From: Candidatus Binatia bacterium
Lineage (GTDB): Bacteria > Desulfobacterota > Binatia > HRBIN30
Direction: 5' to 3'
Length of the DNA stretch: 64,000 nucleotides
NCBI GenBank assembly: GCA_038245295.1
Contig: JBBRSP010000001.1
Span: 1-64,000, forward strand
Below the pieces are notes generated by a model, which saw only the letters and a list, made by a program, of their open reading frames with translations, was not told the origin of the DNA and searched no databases. The position numbers and the translations under genes are program-made. Positions 47,726-55,139 of this stretch are shown here, one piece after another. How positions within the stretch are numbered: position 1 is the first letter of the stretch; each line of letters begins with the position of its first letter.

Positions 47726-48001
47726 TCAACCGCCGGCGATGGCGGGAACGATCGCCACTTCGTCTCCGTCCTTGAGCGCCGTTTCGAGGCTGTTCAGGAA
47801 GCGGATATCATCGTTGTTGACGAACAGATTGACGAAGCGCCGCACCTTGCCGGCCTCATCGCACAACCGCTCTTTGATGCCGGGGCATTTCTTCTCGAGA
47901 TCCTCAATTGCCTGCGCGACATTGGATCCTTCGACCGATACTTCCTCGGAGCCGCCGGTGAAGCGACGCAAAGGGGTTGGGATTCGAACGCGAACAGCCA
48001 T
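47726..48001 (-). CDS. MoaD/ThiS/CysO-like ubiquitin-fold sulfur carrier
   Basis: [23 protein letters not shown]-terminal AIAGG; GGAGG RBS. Confidence 0.92.
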   Translation of the reverse strand: MAVRVRIPTPLRRFTGGSEEVSVEGSNVAQAIEDLEKKCPGIKERLCDEAGKVRRFVNLFVNNDDIRFLNSLETALKDGDEVAIVPAIAGG

Positions 48002-48085
48002 CCTTACTTTCCTCCAATCATCGAATCCGGCGACCCGGTTGGGCGCAGCCAGAACCTCTCTTCGTTCCTTCATTCCGTTGTGAAG

Positions 48086-48838
48086 TCAACCGGAGTCGTC
48101 GCTTGTAGTGTGGGCACTCGATCCTTCCGACTTAGCAGCACCGCAAACCGGGCACTGCGGGTCGGGTGCCGTCGCGATCTGCCGCAACCCTCCGGTTCGG
48201 CCGTCGAAGAGCAGCAGGCTCCCCTGACGGAGCGGTGGCACCGATGGTTGGTCGATGACGCGCCACGCCTCCGCAGCCTGAAGGGCCCCGAGCACGCCAA
48301 CCACCGGCCCCAACACTCCGGCGCGCTCGCACGTCAGTGCCTCGTGCGATCTCGGCGGTTCGACAAACAGGCATCGCAAACACGCCGTGTGGCCCGGTCT
48401 AACCAGAAATAGTTGCCCCCGCCAACCGATGGCGCCGGCGTGGCAGAGCGGAATGCCAGCCCGCACACAGGCATCGTTCAACACGAACTTCGTGGCTTCG
48501 TCGTCGACCGAATCGACCACGACATCCGCCTCGTCGATGATGGCCGCAACGTTTGTGGCATCAACGTGCTGGGCGATGGCGGCGACACGCAGTGTAGGGT
48601 GATCGCGTTGGAGTCGAGCTGCGGCAACCCACACCTTGAGCGAACCGATGTCACTCTCCGCGTAGAGGAGTTGGCGGTGCAGATTCGAGAGCTCGATACG
48701 ATCCGCGTCGACGAGGGTGAGTCGTGAAATGCCCGCTGCCGCGAGGCCGACTGAAGCAGGAACTCCGAGGCCACCGAGGCCGATGACGACGGCGTGGCCT
48801 CGACGCAGCAGTGCCTCACCGGTGACGGCACCGGCCAC
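48086..48838 (-). CDS. MoeB/ThiF-family adenylyltransferase (E1-like)
   Basis: GLGGLG, DRIELSNLHRQ, CLRC, TCERAGVLG, CPVC; start approximate. Confidence 0.9.
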   Translation of the reverse strand: MAGAVTGEALLRRGHAVVIGLGGLGVPASVGLAAAGISRLTLVDADRIELSNLHRQLLYAESDIGSLKVWVAAARLQRDHPTLRVAAIAQHVDATNVAAIIDEADVVVDSVDDEATKFVLNDACVRAGIPLCHAGAIGWRGQLFLVRPGHTACLRCLFVEPPRSHEALTCERAGVLGPVVGVLGALQAAEAWRVIDQPSVPPLRQGSLLLFDGRTGGLRQIATAPDPQCPVCGAAKSEGSSAHTTSDDSG

Positions 48839-48839
48839 C

Positions 48840-49772
48840 TCAGTAATAGGAACGTCCACGTCCAAAAGGATCGAAGGCCGGTCCCATCGCCGGCATCGCT
48901 CCGCCGCCGCGAGAAGGTGGACGCGGCAAGTCGAATGCCGGCAGTTGCACCGTCTCGAGCGCGCCGGGAGTGCGCTGTCGGCCATTGAGTGCAAGCAGAT
49001 CATCAATCGGATCGCTGGCCTTGCGCGTTTTTGGCAGACCGATCCTTTGCAACTCTTGTTGCGCCGTGATCGCTTCCGCGGTGCCGGGGTGCAGATTGGC
49101 GAGCGCCTGGTAGGCCAGGGCTGCCCGATCGTTCTGCTCGCGCGCCTGATACAACGCGGCAAGCTGGAGAAGGCCATCGACGGCACTGCTGGTATCACCA
49201 TAGTGCGCCGCCAAATCGAGCAAACGGGTTTCTTGCGCCGACTCATTATCGTGACGTCGATAGAACTCCGCCACGTAGAATTCGTGCTTGGCGAGGTGTT
49301 CGCGGCAGCGCGTGAGCTGTTGCCGCGCCAAGGTGGCGAAGGGGCTGTCTGGATACTGCCGCGAGACGGTCAAGAAATAGGTTTGCGCGTTTAATGCGGC
49401 TGTCTGATCGCGATCAATGAGGTCAATCTGCTTCGCGTAACACATTCCTAAAATGTACCCGATGAACGGCAGGTGGGCACTCGTCGGGTGGCGCCTCTGG
49501 AAATCCGACAGGGCTACGATGGCCTCGGCATAATTGCCGTCCAGATACTGCGCATGTGCAATCTTGAGTTCGGCTTCCTCGGTATGGTCGCTGAAGGGAT
49601 GTTGATCGAGCAACTCATGGTACTCTTCGACAGAACGCGACAACGAGCCGGATCGAAAATCGTTCGTCGCGTCGCGAAAGTACTCGTCGGCGGAGCGCAC
49701 AACCTTGTTCTCACAGCCGAACGTCAGGGCCAAGAAAATCAGCCATACGTGGCGAGTACGACGTTGATTCAT
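48840..49772 (-). CDS. bamD: Outer-membrane assembly lipoprotein BamD
   Basis: Lipobox LTFG|C, TPRs, HPFS, FQRRHP, DRDQT, YPDS, LAKHEFYVAEFY. Confidence 0.85.
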   Translation of the reverse strand: MNQRRTRHVWLIFLALTFGCENKVVRSADEYFRDATNDFRSGSLSRSVEEYHELLDQHPFSDHTEEAELKIAHAQYLDGNYAEAIVALSDFQRRHPTSAHLPFIGYILGMCYAKQIDLIDRDQTAALNAQTYFLTVSRQYPDSPFATLARQQLTRCREHLAKHEFYVAEFYRRHDNESAQETRLLDLAAHYGDTSSAVDGLLQLAALYQAREQNDRAALAYQALANLHPGTAEAITAQQELQRIGLPKTRKASDPIDDLLALNGRQRTPGALETVQLPAFDLPRPPSRGGGAMPAMGPAFDPFGRGRSYY

Positions 49773-50473
49773 AAAAGGATCACCCGCGTCCGTGCGGCTT
49801 CCCAAAGTCGTTCTTGGGCCTCGGGCCAGCGATCAAGAAATTCCTCGTCAAAGATAATGCGTAAGCGATCCGCCGTGTAGAAAATTAGCAAGCCACAGTC
49901 GTAGCGCCAACCTCTCGACGTGTCGCCGCCTGTGGCCGCATACATCGCCACCATATAGACCAGACGCGACAAATCGGCCTTTGTGCCGGCGTACTTCACC
50001 TCTCCCACTGCCCCAAACGGTAGGGGAAACTGCAATCGGAAGGCGGGAGCGATGGCGCGCGTCGGGGCCTTAAATACCGCCGCTGCACAATCGGTGAACT
50101 CTGGAACCTCGCTCCGCAGTCGTGCGAAGACGCGTTCGATGGCCGGCCGAGCCAGACCGAGCGCTGCCTCGTGCTGGGTAGGCCCCCTCTCTTCTCCTTC
50201 GTAGCGGAAGACCCGGAATGGGTCGGCCTCGACTTCGCGCTTGCGACACCATGCCACCAAAATGTCGTCGATCTTGTTGTAGAGAAGCCGTTGTCGAAAC
50301 GAGCTCTCGGTGTCGAATCTCTTCTTGGTGCGTTGCGCTTGCTCGTCACGAGCCTTTGCCAGAATCAAACGGACGCACTGCTTATCACCCAAGGTCTCGT
50401 CGGCCCTCAGATTACGTTCCAAGGTATCAAAGAACGCCCGCGCTGCCTCACGTTTTGGATCGAGGTTCACCAT
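49769..50473 (-). CDS. Hypothetical protein, possible PD-(D/E)xK-like fold
   Basis: AAGGAG RBS; stop overlaps the bamD ATG; APAF...GEVKY pattern. Confidence 0.7.
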   Translation of the reverse strand: MVNLDPKREAARAFFDTLERNLRADETLGDKQCVRLILAKARDEQAQRTKKRFDTESSFRQRLLYNKIDDILVAWCRKREVEADPFRVFRYEGEERGPTQHEAALGLARPAIERVFARLRSEVPEFTDCAAAVFKAPTRAIAPAFRLQFPLPFGAVGEVKYAGTKADLSRLVYMVAMYAATGGDTSRGWRYDCGLLIFYTADRLRIIFDEEFLDRWPEAQERLWEAARTRVILL

Positions 50474-50529
50474 CTCGGGAATTTCTCCTTCGCGTCGATC
50501 TTCAGCGCTCGCGCAGCTCCCGCATCATG

Positions 50530-50557
50530 AAAAAGGCCCCGCCGAAGCAGGGCCTTT
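50530..50557 (-). terminator. Terminator after tRNA-Gly
   Basis: AAAGGCCC...GGGCCTTT hairpin with a T-run on the minus strand. Confidence 0.75.
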
Positions 50558-50562
50558 GAGAG

Positions 50563-50636
50563 AGCGGGTGACCGGGGTCGAACCGGCGACCTTATGCTTG
50601 GCAAGCATACGCTCTAGCCAACTGAGCTACACCCGC
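50563..50636 (-). tRNA. tRNA-Gly(GCC), CCA not encoded
   Basis: GCGGGTGTAGCTCAGTTGGCTAGAGC, anticodon arm TATGC-TTGCCAA-GCATA, GGTTCGACCC, acceptor CACCCGC plus U73. Confidence 0.96.
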
Positions 50637-50650
50637 ATGCAGCGCTGCGC

Positions 50651-50679
50651 GACATAGCGAAGTCATATCGATGAGTCAA
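50651..50679 (-). promoter_or_regulatory. Probable sigma70 promoter of tRNA-Gly
   Basis: TTGACT-N17-TATGTC followed by a GC-rich stretch. Confidence 0.45.
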
Positions 50680-50706
50680 AGCGGATTCGCTCATTCCCGC
50701 CAGAAT

Positions 50707-51141
50707 TTACTCGGTCGGACCGGCCGCCGTCACCGTGATTTCGGTTTCGTCGTTATCTTGCACGCCGTTGACCGAATCAACAAGTTTCAACTTGACCTGA
50801 TAGGTGCCGGGTCGCGAGTAGACGTGCACCGGACTTGGTTCGTGTGAAGGTGGTGACCCGTCGCCAAAATCCCAAGTCGGTTCGCCTTCTGCGTCCGTGC
50901 ACATCCCCTCGGTGGTGAAGTGAATCTCAAGGGGTGCGGGCCCTTGCTCGAAGTCTGAATCGGCAACCACGACGCATGAGGGAGGCGGAGCGACCGGCGT
51001 GGCAAGGGTCGGTGCCGGCTTCGGTGCCGCCGGCAGGCGGCCTTCTTGCGGAATGGGCAGGGGGGCTTCGGGTGTTTCGTTGCAGCTCTGGCAGCCGGCG
51101 AGGCCGAGAGTGAGGCCCACGGCCATCATCAGATGCTTCAT
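50707..51141 (-). CDS. PKD-domain lipoprotein
   Basis: AAGGAG RBS, LAG|C lipobox, GPAPLEIHF, WDFGDG, HVYSRPGTY. Confidence 0.85.
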   Translation of the reverse strand: MKHLMMAVGLTLGLAGCQSCNETPEAPLPIPQEGRLPAAPKPAPTLATPVAPPPSCVVVADSDFEQGPAPLEIHFTTEGMCTDAEGEPTWDFGDGSPPSHEPSPVHVYSRPGTYQVKLKLVDSVNGVQDNDETEITVTAAGPTE

Positions 51142-51169
51142 TCCGTATTTCTCCTTCGGAGACCTGCCG

Positions 51170-51919
51170 CTAGTTCTCGGCGTTGTCGTCGACGGTAATC
51201 GTGGCGTCGCGTCGAGCGATTTGTCCTTGGGCGTTGGTCGCGGTGACCAACACGGTGTATTCACCGGGCTGCCGATAGGTATGCGTCGCTGTATTTGTGG
51301 AGTCGCGCGCGCCATCGCCGAAATCCCACTGAACCGTGATGGGACCGGGAATATCTTCATCGACGGTGGCGGCAAATTGGACGTGTAACGGCGCTCGGCC
51401 CACATCCGGATCTGCTTCGATCTCGACCTCGAAACCTTCTTCCTCGACGGTGATGCTTACATCGTCGACGTCATCGACGCCGGGCCCCGTGCCGCGCAGC
51501 GTGGCGACATACTCGCCCGCTGACTGGTACGTATGTGTTGCATTGAGGCCGTTCGCGGTTGTGCCATCACCGAAATCCCAACGGTAGCGGACCCCGGCAA
51601 CACCTTCGTTGACCTCGCCTTCGAACGTGACCTGCAGCGGCGCGCCGCCGCTACTTGGTTCGGCGTTCGCTCGAAGCGCCAGCCCAGGCGCCGGTTGATT
51701 GCTGTCAGAGACTGGGGAGCGTTCCAATCGCGGCGTTGGCTTTGTTGCCCCCTTCTCGTCGAGGCTTTTTGAACGCTCGGCGAAGGCGGGGGATGGTGTC
51801 GCTTTTGCCGCGTGCGAAGTGGCGGTGGAATCAGACGCCTTGTCGCAGGACGCGAGGACCAACGCACCTCCGATCGCACCGACGACGATCAAACTACGGC
51901 GAGCCCAAGACAACTGCAT
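51170..51919 (-). CDS. Lipoprotein with two PKD domains
   Basis: LAS|C lipobox, two WDFGDG...HTY...GEY units. Confidence 0.87.
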   Translation of the reverse strand: MQLSWARRSLIVVGAIGGALVLASCDKASDSTATSHAAKATPSPAFAERSKSLDEKGATKPTPRLERSPVSDSNQPAPGLALRANAEPSSGGAPLQVTFEGEVNEGVAGVRYRWDFGDGTTANGLNATHTYQSAGEYVATLRGTGPGVDDVDDVSITVEEEGFEVEIEADPDVGRAPLHVQFAATVDEDIPGPITVQWDFGDGARDSTNTATHTYRQPGEYTVLVTATNAQGQIARRDATITVDDNAEN

Positions 51920-52049
51920 TGTTCACTATGTAACCGTGCGCGTTTGCACGAGTCAACGTGCTGTCGCGGAGTGTGAGACGCAGGATGCAGCATTGCGTGG
52001 GTATCGGGGCCTTGCTATTGCACGCCGGCCTTTGACATTTTGCGCAAAC

Positions 52050-52121
52050 GGCGGCGTACCCAAGTGGTAAGGGAGAGGTCTGCAAAACCTTTATGCACCG
52101 GTTCGAATCCGGTCGCCGCCT
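52050..52121 (+). tRNA. tRNA-Cys(GCA), CCA not encoded
   Basis: GGCGGCG/CGCCGCC acceptor, GAGGT-CTGCAAA-ACCTT anticodon arm, GGTTCGAATCC, U73. Confidence 0.96.
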
Positions 52122-52264
52122 TCCTTTCTCCGTCCAACCCCAACAAATTTCCTCTGCAGAACCGGGCCAGCGGTGCGAGCATAGGCATGTTGTGCGTCGG
52201 TGCCGTATGCGCCAGCGCCTGATCAAGCCCTGGCACATCCGACACCGCTGCGGGAGAAAACTGT

Positions 52265-52753
52265 TTAGAGCTTCGACAAGACTGTTTCGGCGCTGGACAC
52301 GTCGAGACCACCCTTCGGCTCGACCAGAAGCTCGGTGACCTTACCGTCTTTGACAATCATCGCGTAGCGCTGTGACCGCGATCCCATCCCAAAACCGCTG
52401 GCATCCATGGCCAGGCCGACTGCCTTGGTGAAGTCGCCATTTCCGTCGGCAAGCAGTCTGACCTTGCCCTTGGCCTTCTGGGCCTCGCCCCAGGCTCCCA
52501 TCACAAATGCATCGTTCACCGATACGCAGACGATCTCATCGACGCCTTTGCCGCGAATCTCGTCCGACTTTTCCACGAAGCCCGGCAGGTGGCGCGCCGA
52601 ACACGTCGGCGTGAAGGCTCCCGGAACGGCGAACACGACGACGGTGTGTCCCTTGAAAAGATCACTCAGGGGAACATCTTTGGGCCCCCCATCGGTCATT
52701 TCTTTTAGGCTGAGATTCAAAGGTAATTGCTCTCCAGCTTTGATCGACATCAT
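52265..52753 (-). CDS. Peroxiredoxin (Prx5/redoxin type)
   Basis: VPGAFTPTCS, SVNDAFVM, LADGNG, RSQRYAM. Confidence 0.94.
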   Translation of the reverse strand: MMSIKAGEQLPLNLSLKEMTDGGPKDVPLSDLFKGHTVVVFAVPGAFTPTCSARHLPGFVEKSDEIRGKGVDEIVCVSVNDAFVMGAWGEAQKAKGKVRLLADGNGDFTKAVGLAMDASGFGMGSRSQRYAMIVKDGKVTELLVEPKGGLDVSSAETVLSKL

Positions 52754-52832
52754 TCTCTCCTTCTTGTGGTTTGCTCGGCAAAGCCGGGGGCCAACCGCGG
52801 CCGGCTTCAGAACTCCGCAGCAACGATCCGAG

Positions 52833-53036
52833 TCACTTTACCAGATCGTCGGATTTGAAACCGAGTTGGGTGTGTGATCCGTCGCAGAAAGGCTTATTCT
52901 TCGACTGACCGCAGCGGCAGAGGTAGACAGGGTCTTCCTCGAGCTTGAAGCTGTTGCGTTTGGCATCGACGATGTCGACGGCGCCCTTGATCTCGTAGGG
53001 GCCGTCCTTCAACACTTTGATCCGCACATCAGGCAT
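52833..53036 (-). CDS. CDGSH iron-sulfur domain protein (in frame with the upstream NUDIX)
   Basis: DGPY, LCRCGQSKNKPFCDGSH; own GAGGAGG RBS before ATG 53036. Confidence 0.85.
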   Translation of the reverse strand: MPDVRIKVLKDGPYEIKGAVDIVDAKRNSFKLEEDPVYLCRCGQSKNKPFCDGSHTQLGFKSDDLVK

Positions 53037-53531
53037 CGACAGTTCCTCCTCACGCCGCTCCGTACTCGCGCCTGCCCCCGGGTTCAAGAGCATACTGTTG
53101 TCATTCGGCAGGCGACCCAGTAACTCGCGTTGCGCCGGCAGCATCATGCTGACAGCCTTCTCCAACAGGTAGAATCGGCACACGTCGTTTTCCAAATCAT
53201 GGCTGACACAACGGCCGTCGGCATCGATCGCGGTCGTACACGTCGCTCGCACGGTGGCCCAGAAGGCGTGCACAATCTTGCCCGAGCGCTGTTCAATATG
53301 CCCGAGCTCCATATGGACATCGACGGACACGCCGGTTTCTTCGAATGTTTCTCTCGCCGCCGCCTCTTGCGGCGTTTCACCCTCCTCGATGGCACCCTTG
53401 GGAATGCCGAACAGTGGCCGCTTGAAGGTGGCGCCGCGCGGGTGCACGAGGAGAACCTCGAGTCCCTGCACACCCATTCGCGTCACAACACATCCCGCAG
53501 ATTGCGCCGGCTTCGAGCGCCGGGTTGTCAC
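52833..53531 (-). CDS. NUDIX hydrolase, reading frame continuous into the CDGSH domain
   Basis: LLVHP, PKG, Nudix box GAIEEGETPQEAAARETFEETG. Confidence 0.8.
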   Translation of the reverse strand: MTTRRSKPAQSAGCVVTRMGVQGLEVLLVHPRGATFKRPLFGIPKGAIEEGETPQEAAARETFEETGVSVDVHMELGHIEQRSGKIVHAFWATVRATCTTAIDADGRCVSHDLENDVCRFYLLEKAVSMMLPAQRELLGRLPNDNSMLLNPGAGASTERREEELSMPDVRIKVLKDGPYEIKGAVDIVDAKRNSFKLEEDPVYLCRCGQSKNKPFCDGSHTQLGFKSDDLVK

Positions 53532-54406
53532 GCCTCAACCTCATTGGTTTTGGCAACCAAAGCAAAGTAGCGACCGCGATCCTTGATGATTCGTTGCTGG
53601 GTCGCGAAATCGATGTAGGTCAGTCCGAAACGTCGCGCATAGCCGTGGGCCCATTCGAAATTGTCGAGTAAGGACCGGCAAAAGTATCCCTGAAGTCGCG
53701 CGCCGTCCTGGATCGCCCGCTGCGCCGCCGCCAGATGGAGCGCCAGGTAGTCCACTCGTTGCGGATCATGGACGGCACCGTCCGCCACGACATCGTCGTA
53801 CGAAGCACCGATGTCGATGACCGGAGCGTTGTAATCGCGCGTGATGCGCATGAGCGCGTCATACAAGTGATCCGGGTACACTTCCCAGTTCATCATCGTG
53901 TGAGGGCGGCCTGCCTGCGGTACCGTTACGGTTCCCATCAGCAGGGAGGTTGGATCATCTTTGACAACGGCGCGCGTGTAACTGTTGTGACCCCGAAAAT
54001 CGATCGGCGGGCATACGATTTCCATATCCCCCGCCTCGATCGCTGGTGCGAGAGGCCCCAGCCGTTGCAGGATGTCAGCTGGATAACTTCCGAGCAGGGG
54101 TAGATCCCAGTACCAGCGATTCACCACGCCGTCGTAACGGCGTGCCGCTTCGCGGTCGGCATCCGAGTCCGCAGCCGGATATACGGGCATCGAGACTTCG
54201 GTGATGCCGAGAACGGCAACGTCTTCCGCGTAACGATGGTGGTGGTCGCACGCTACATCGCCGGTCTCGCCACGTTCGACCGTACCAGCCTTGTGGGAGA
54301 ACGTATCCCAGACCGAAGCACCCTTGCCGTCTTCGTTGGAGGCGCCTTCGATCTGGTATGCCGCCGTAGCGGCGCCCCACAGGAGCCCCTCGGGAAATCG
54401 GCGCAT
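53528..54406 (-). pseudogene. GH1 beta-glucosidase remnant with in-frame deletions
   Basis: WGAATAAYQIEG and LDNFEW present; NEP region missing and TENG reduced to IDIG; only 292 aa. Confidence 0.75.
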
Positions 54407-54497
54407 GCTTCCTCCTTGATGCAGCGCGCCTCGACAACGAATCTGGGGGCGGCGTCAAGGCAGCCTCTCCGGATCCTGTTCAGCGTCGCCACGTTCT

Positions 54498-54959
54498 TCA
54501 CGATACGTCGCGCCTGCCGCGGCGAGCCCGTGCCACGTTCAGGCGGGCGAATGCCGCGGCGAGTGCCGGGTCCTTGATCTCAGGAAGCTCGACCGTGGCG
54601 GTCTCGACGGTAGCCGTGACGGGTCGCGGCGTGGCTTCGGGCGGCCGCGGCGTCAATCTTCCGGCAACGAAGGCGATGTCACGCACCACGGGCTCGCCCA
54701 ATCGCGCATTCAGATGCTCGATGATCTGCGGGCGCATCATCTGCAATTCTTGCAACCAACTGTGCGATTCGACGTGCACCACAAGCACGCCGTCGGCGAA
54801 GCGCTCGGGCTGCGCGCGGCGCGCGATGTTGGCGCCGACGACTTCGTCCCAGCACGTCCAAATCAAGTACGGCCGCCAGTTGCGCCCGCGATTGGCGCGG
54901 CGCAGGAGAGACTCAACGAAGGAGCCAACTCGGTCTGGCGATGTGGTGCGGCGGCGCAT
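54498..54959 (-). CDS. DUF721/DciA-family protein
   Basis: WDEVVGANIA...P...GVLVVHV..HSWLQEL...IIEHLN. Confidence 0.85.
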   Translation of the reverse strand: MRRRTTSPDRVGSFVESLLRRANRGRNWRPYLIWTCWDEVVGANIARRAQPERFADGVLVVHVESHSWLQELQMMRPQIIEHLNARLGEPVVRDIAFVAGRLTPRPPEATPRPVTATVETATVELPEIKDPALAAAFARLNVARARRGRRDVS

Positions 54960-55014
54960 GCCAACCAACCATACGTGCCGCCGCCAAGAAAAACGAGGAT
55001 CGTGCTCGGAAGAT

Positions 55015-55068
55015 TTGACAACCCCATATGTAGTGGTGTAGGTAGCCGGGTCTCACAACTGGTTGGGG
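55015..55068 (+). promoter_or_regulatory. nrdJ promoter with NrdR boxes
   Basis: TTGACA (55015-55020) followed by ACCCCATATGTAGTGG (55021-55036, fits acaCwAtATaTwGtg); weaker box TCACAACTGGTTGGGG 32 bp downstream. Confidence 0.75.
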
Positions 55069-55139
55069 AATCTGGGGAGACGGGCCTGGCTCAGGAGTGA
55101 GAAACAACGTCAACGATAGCGCGGAAAAGAGGTCGAGCG

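Noticed and set aside
50563..52121. tRNA-anchored genomic island
   Set aside because: No integrase and no duplicated tRNA 3' end (att site) in the window.
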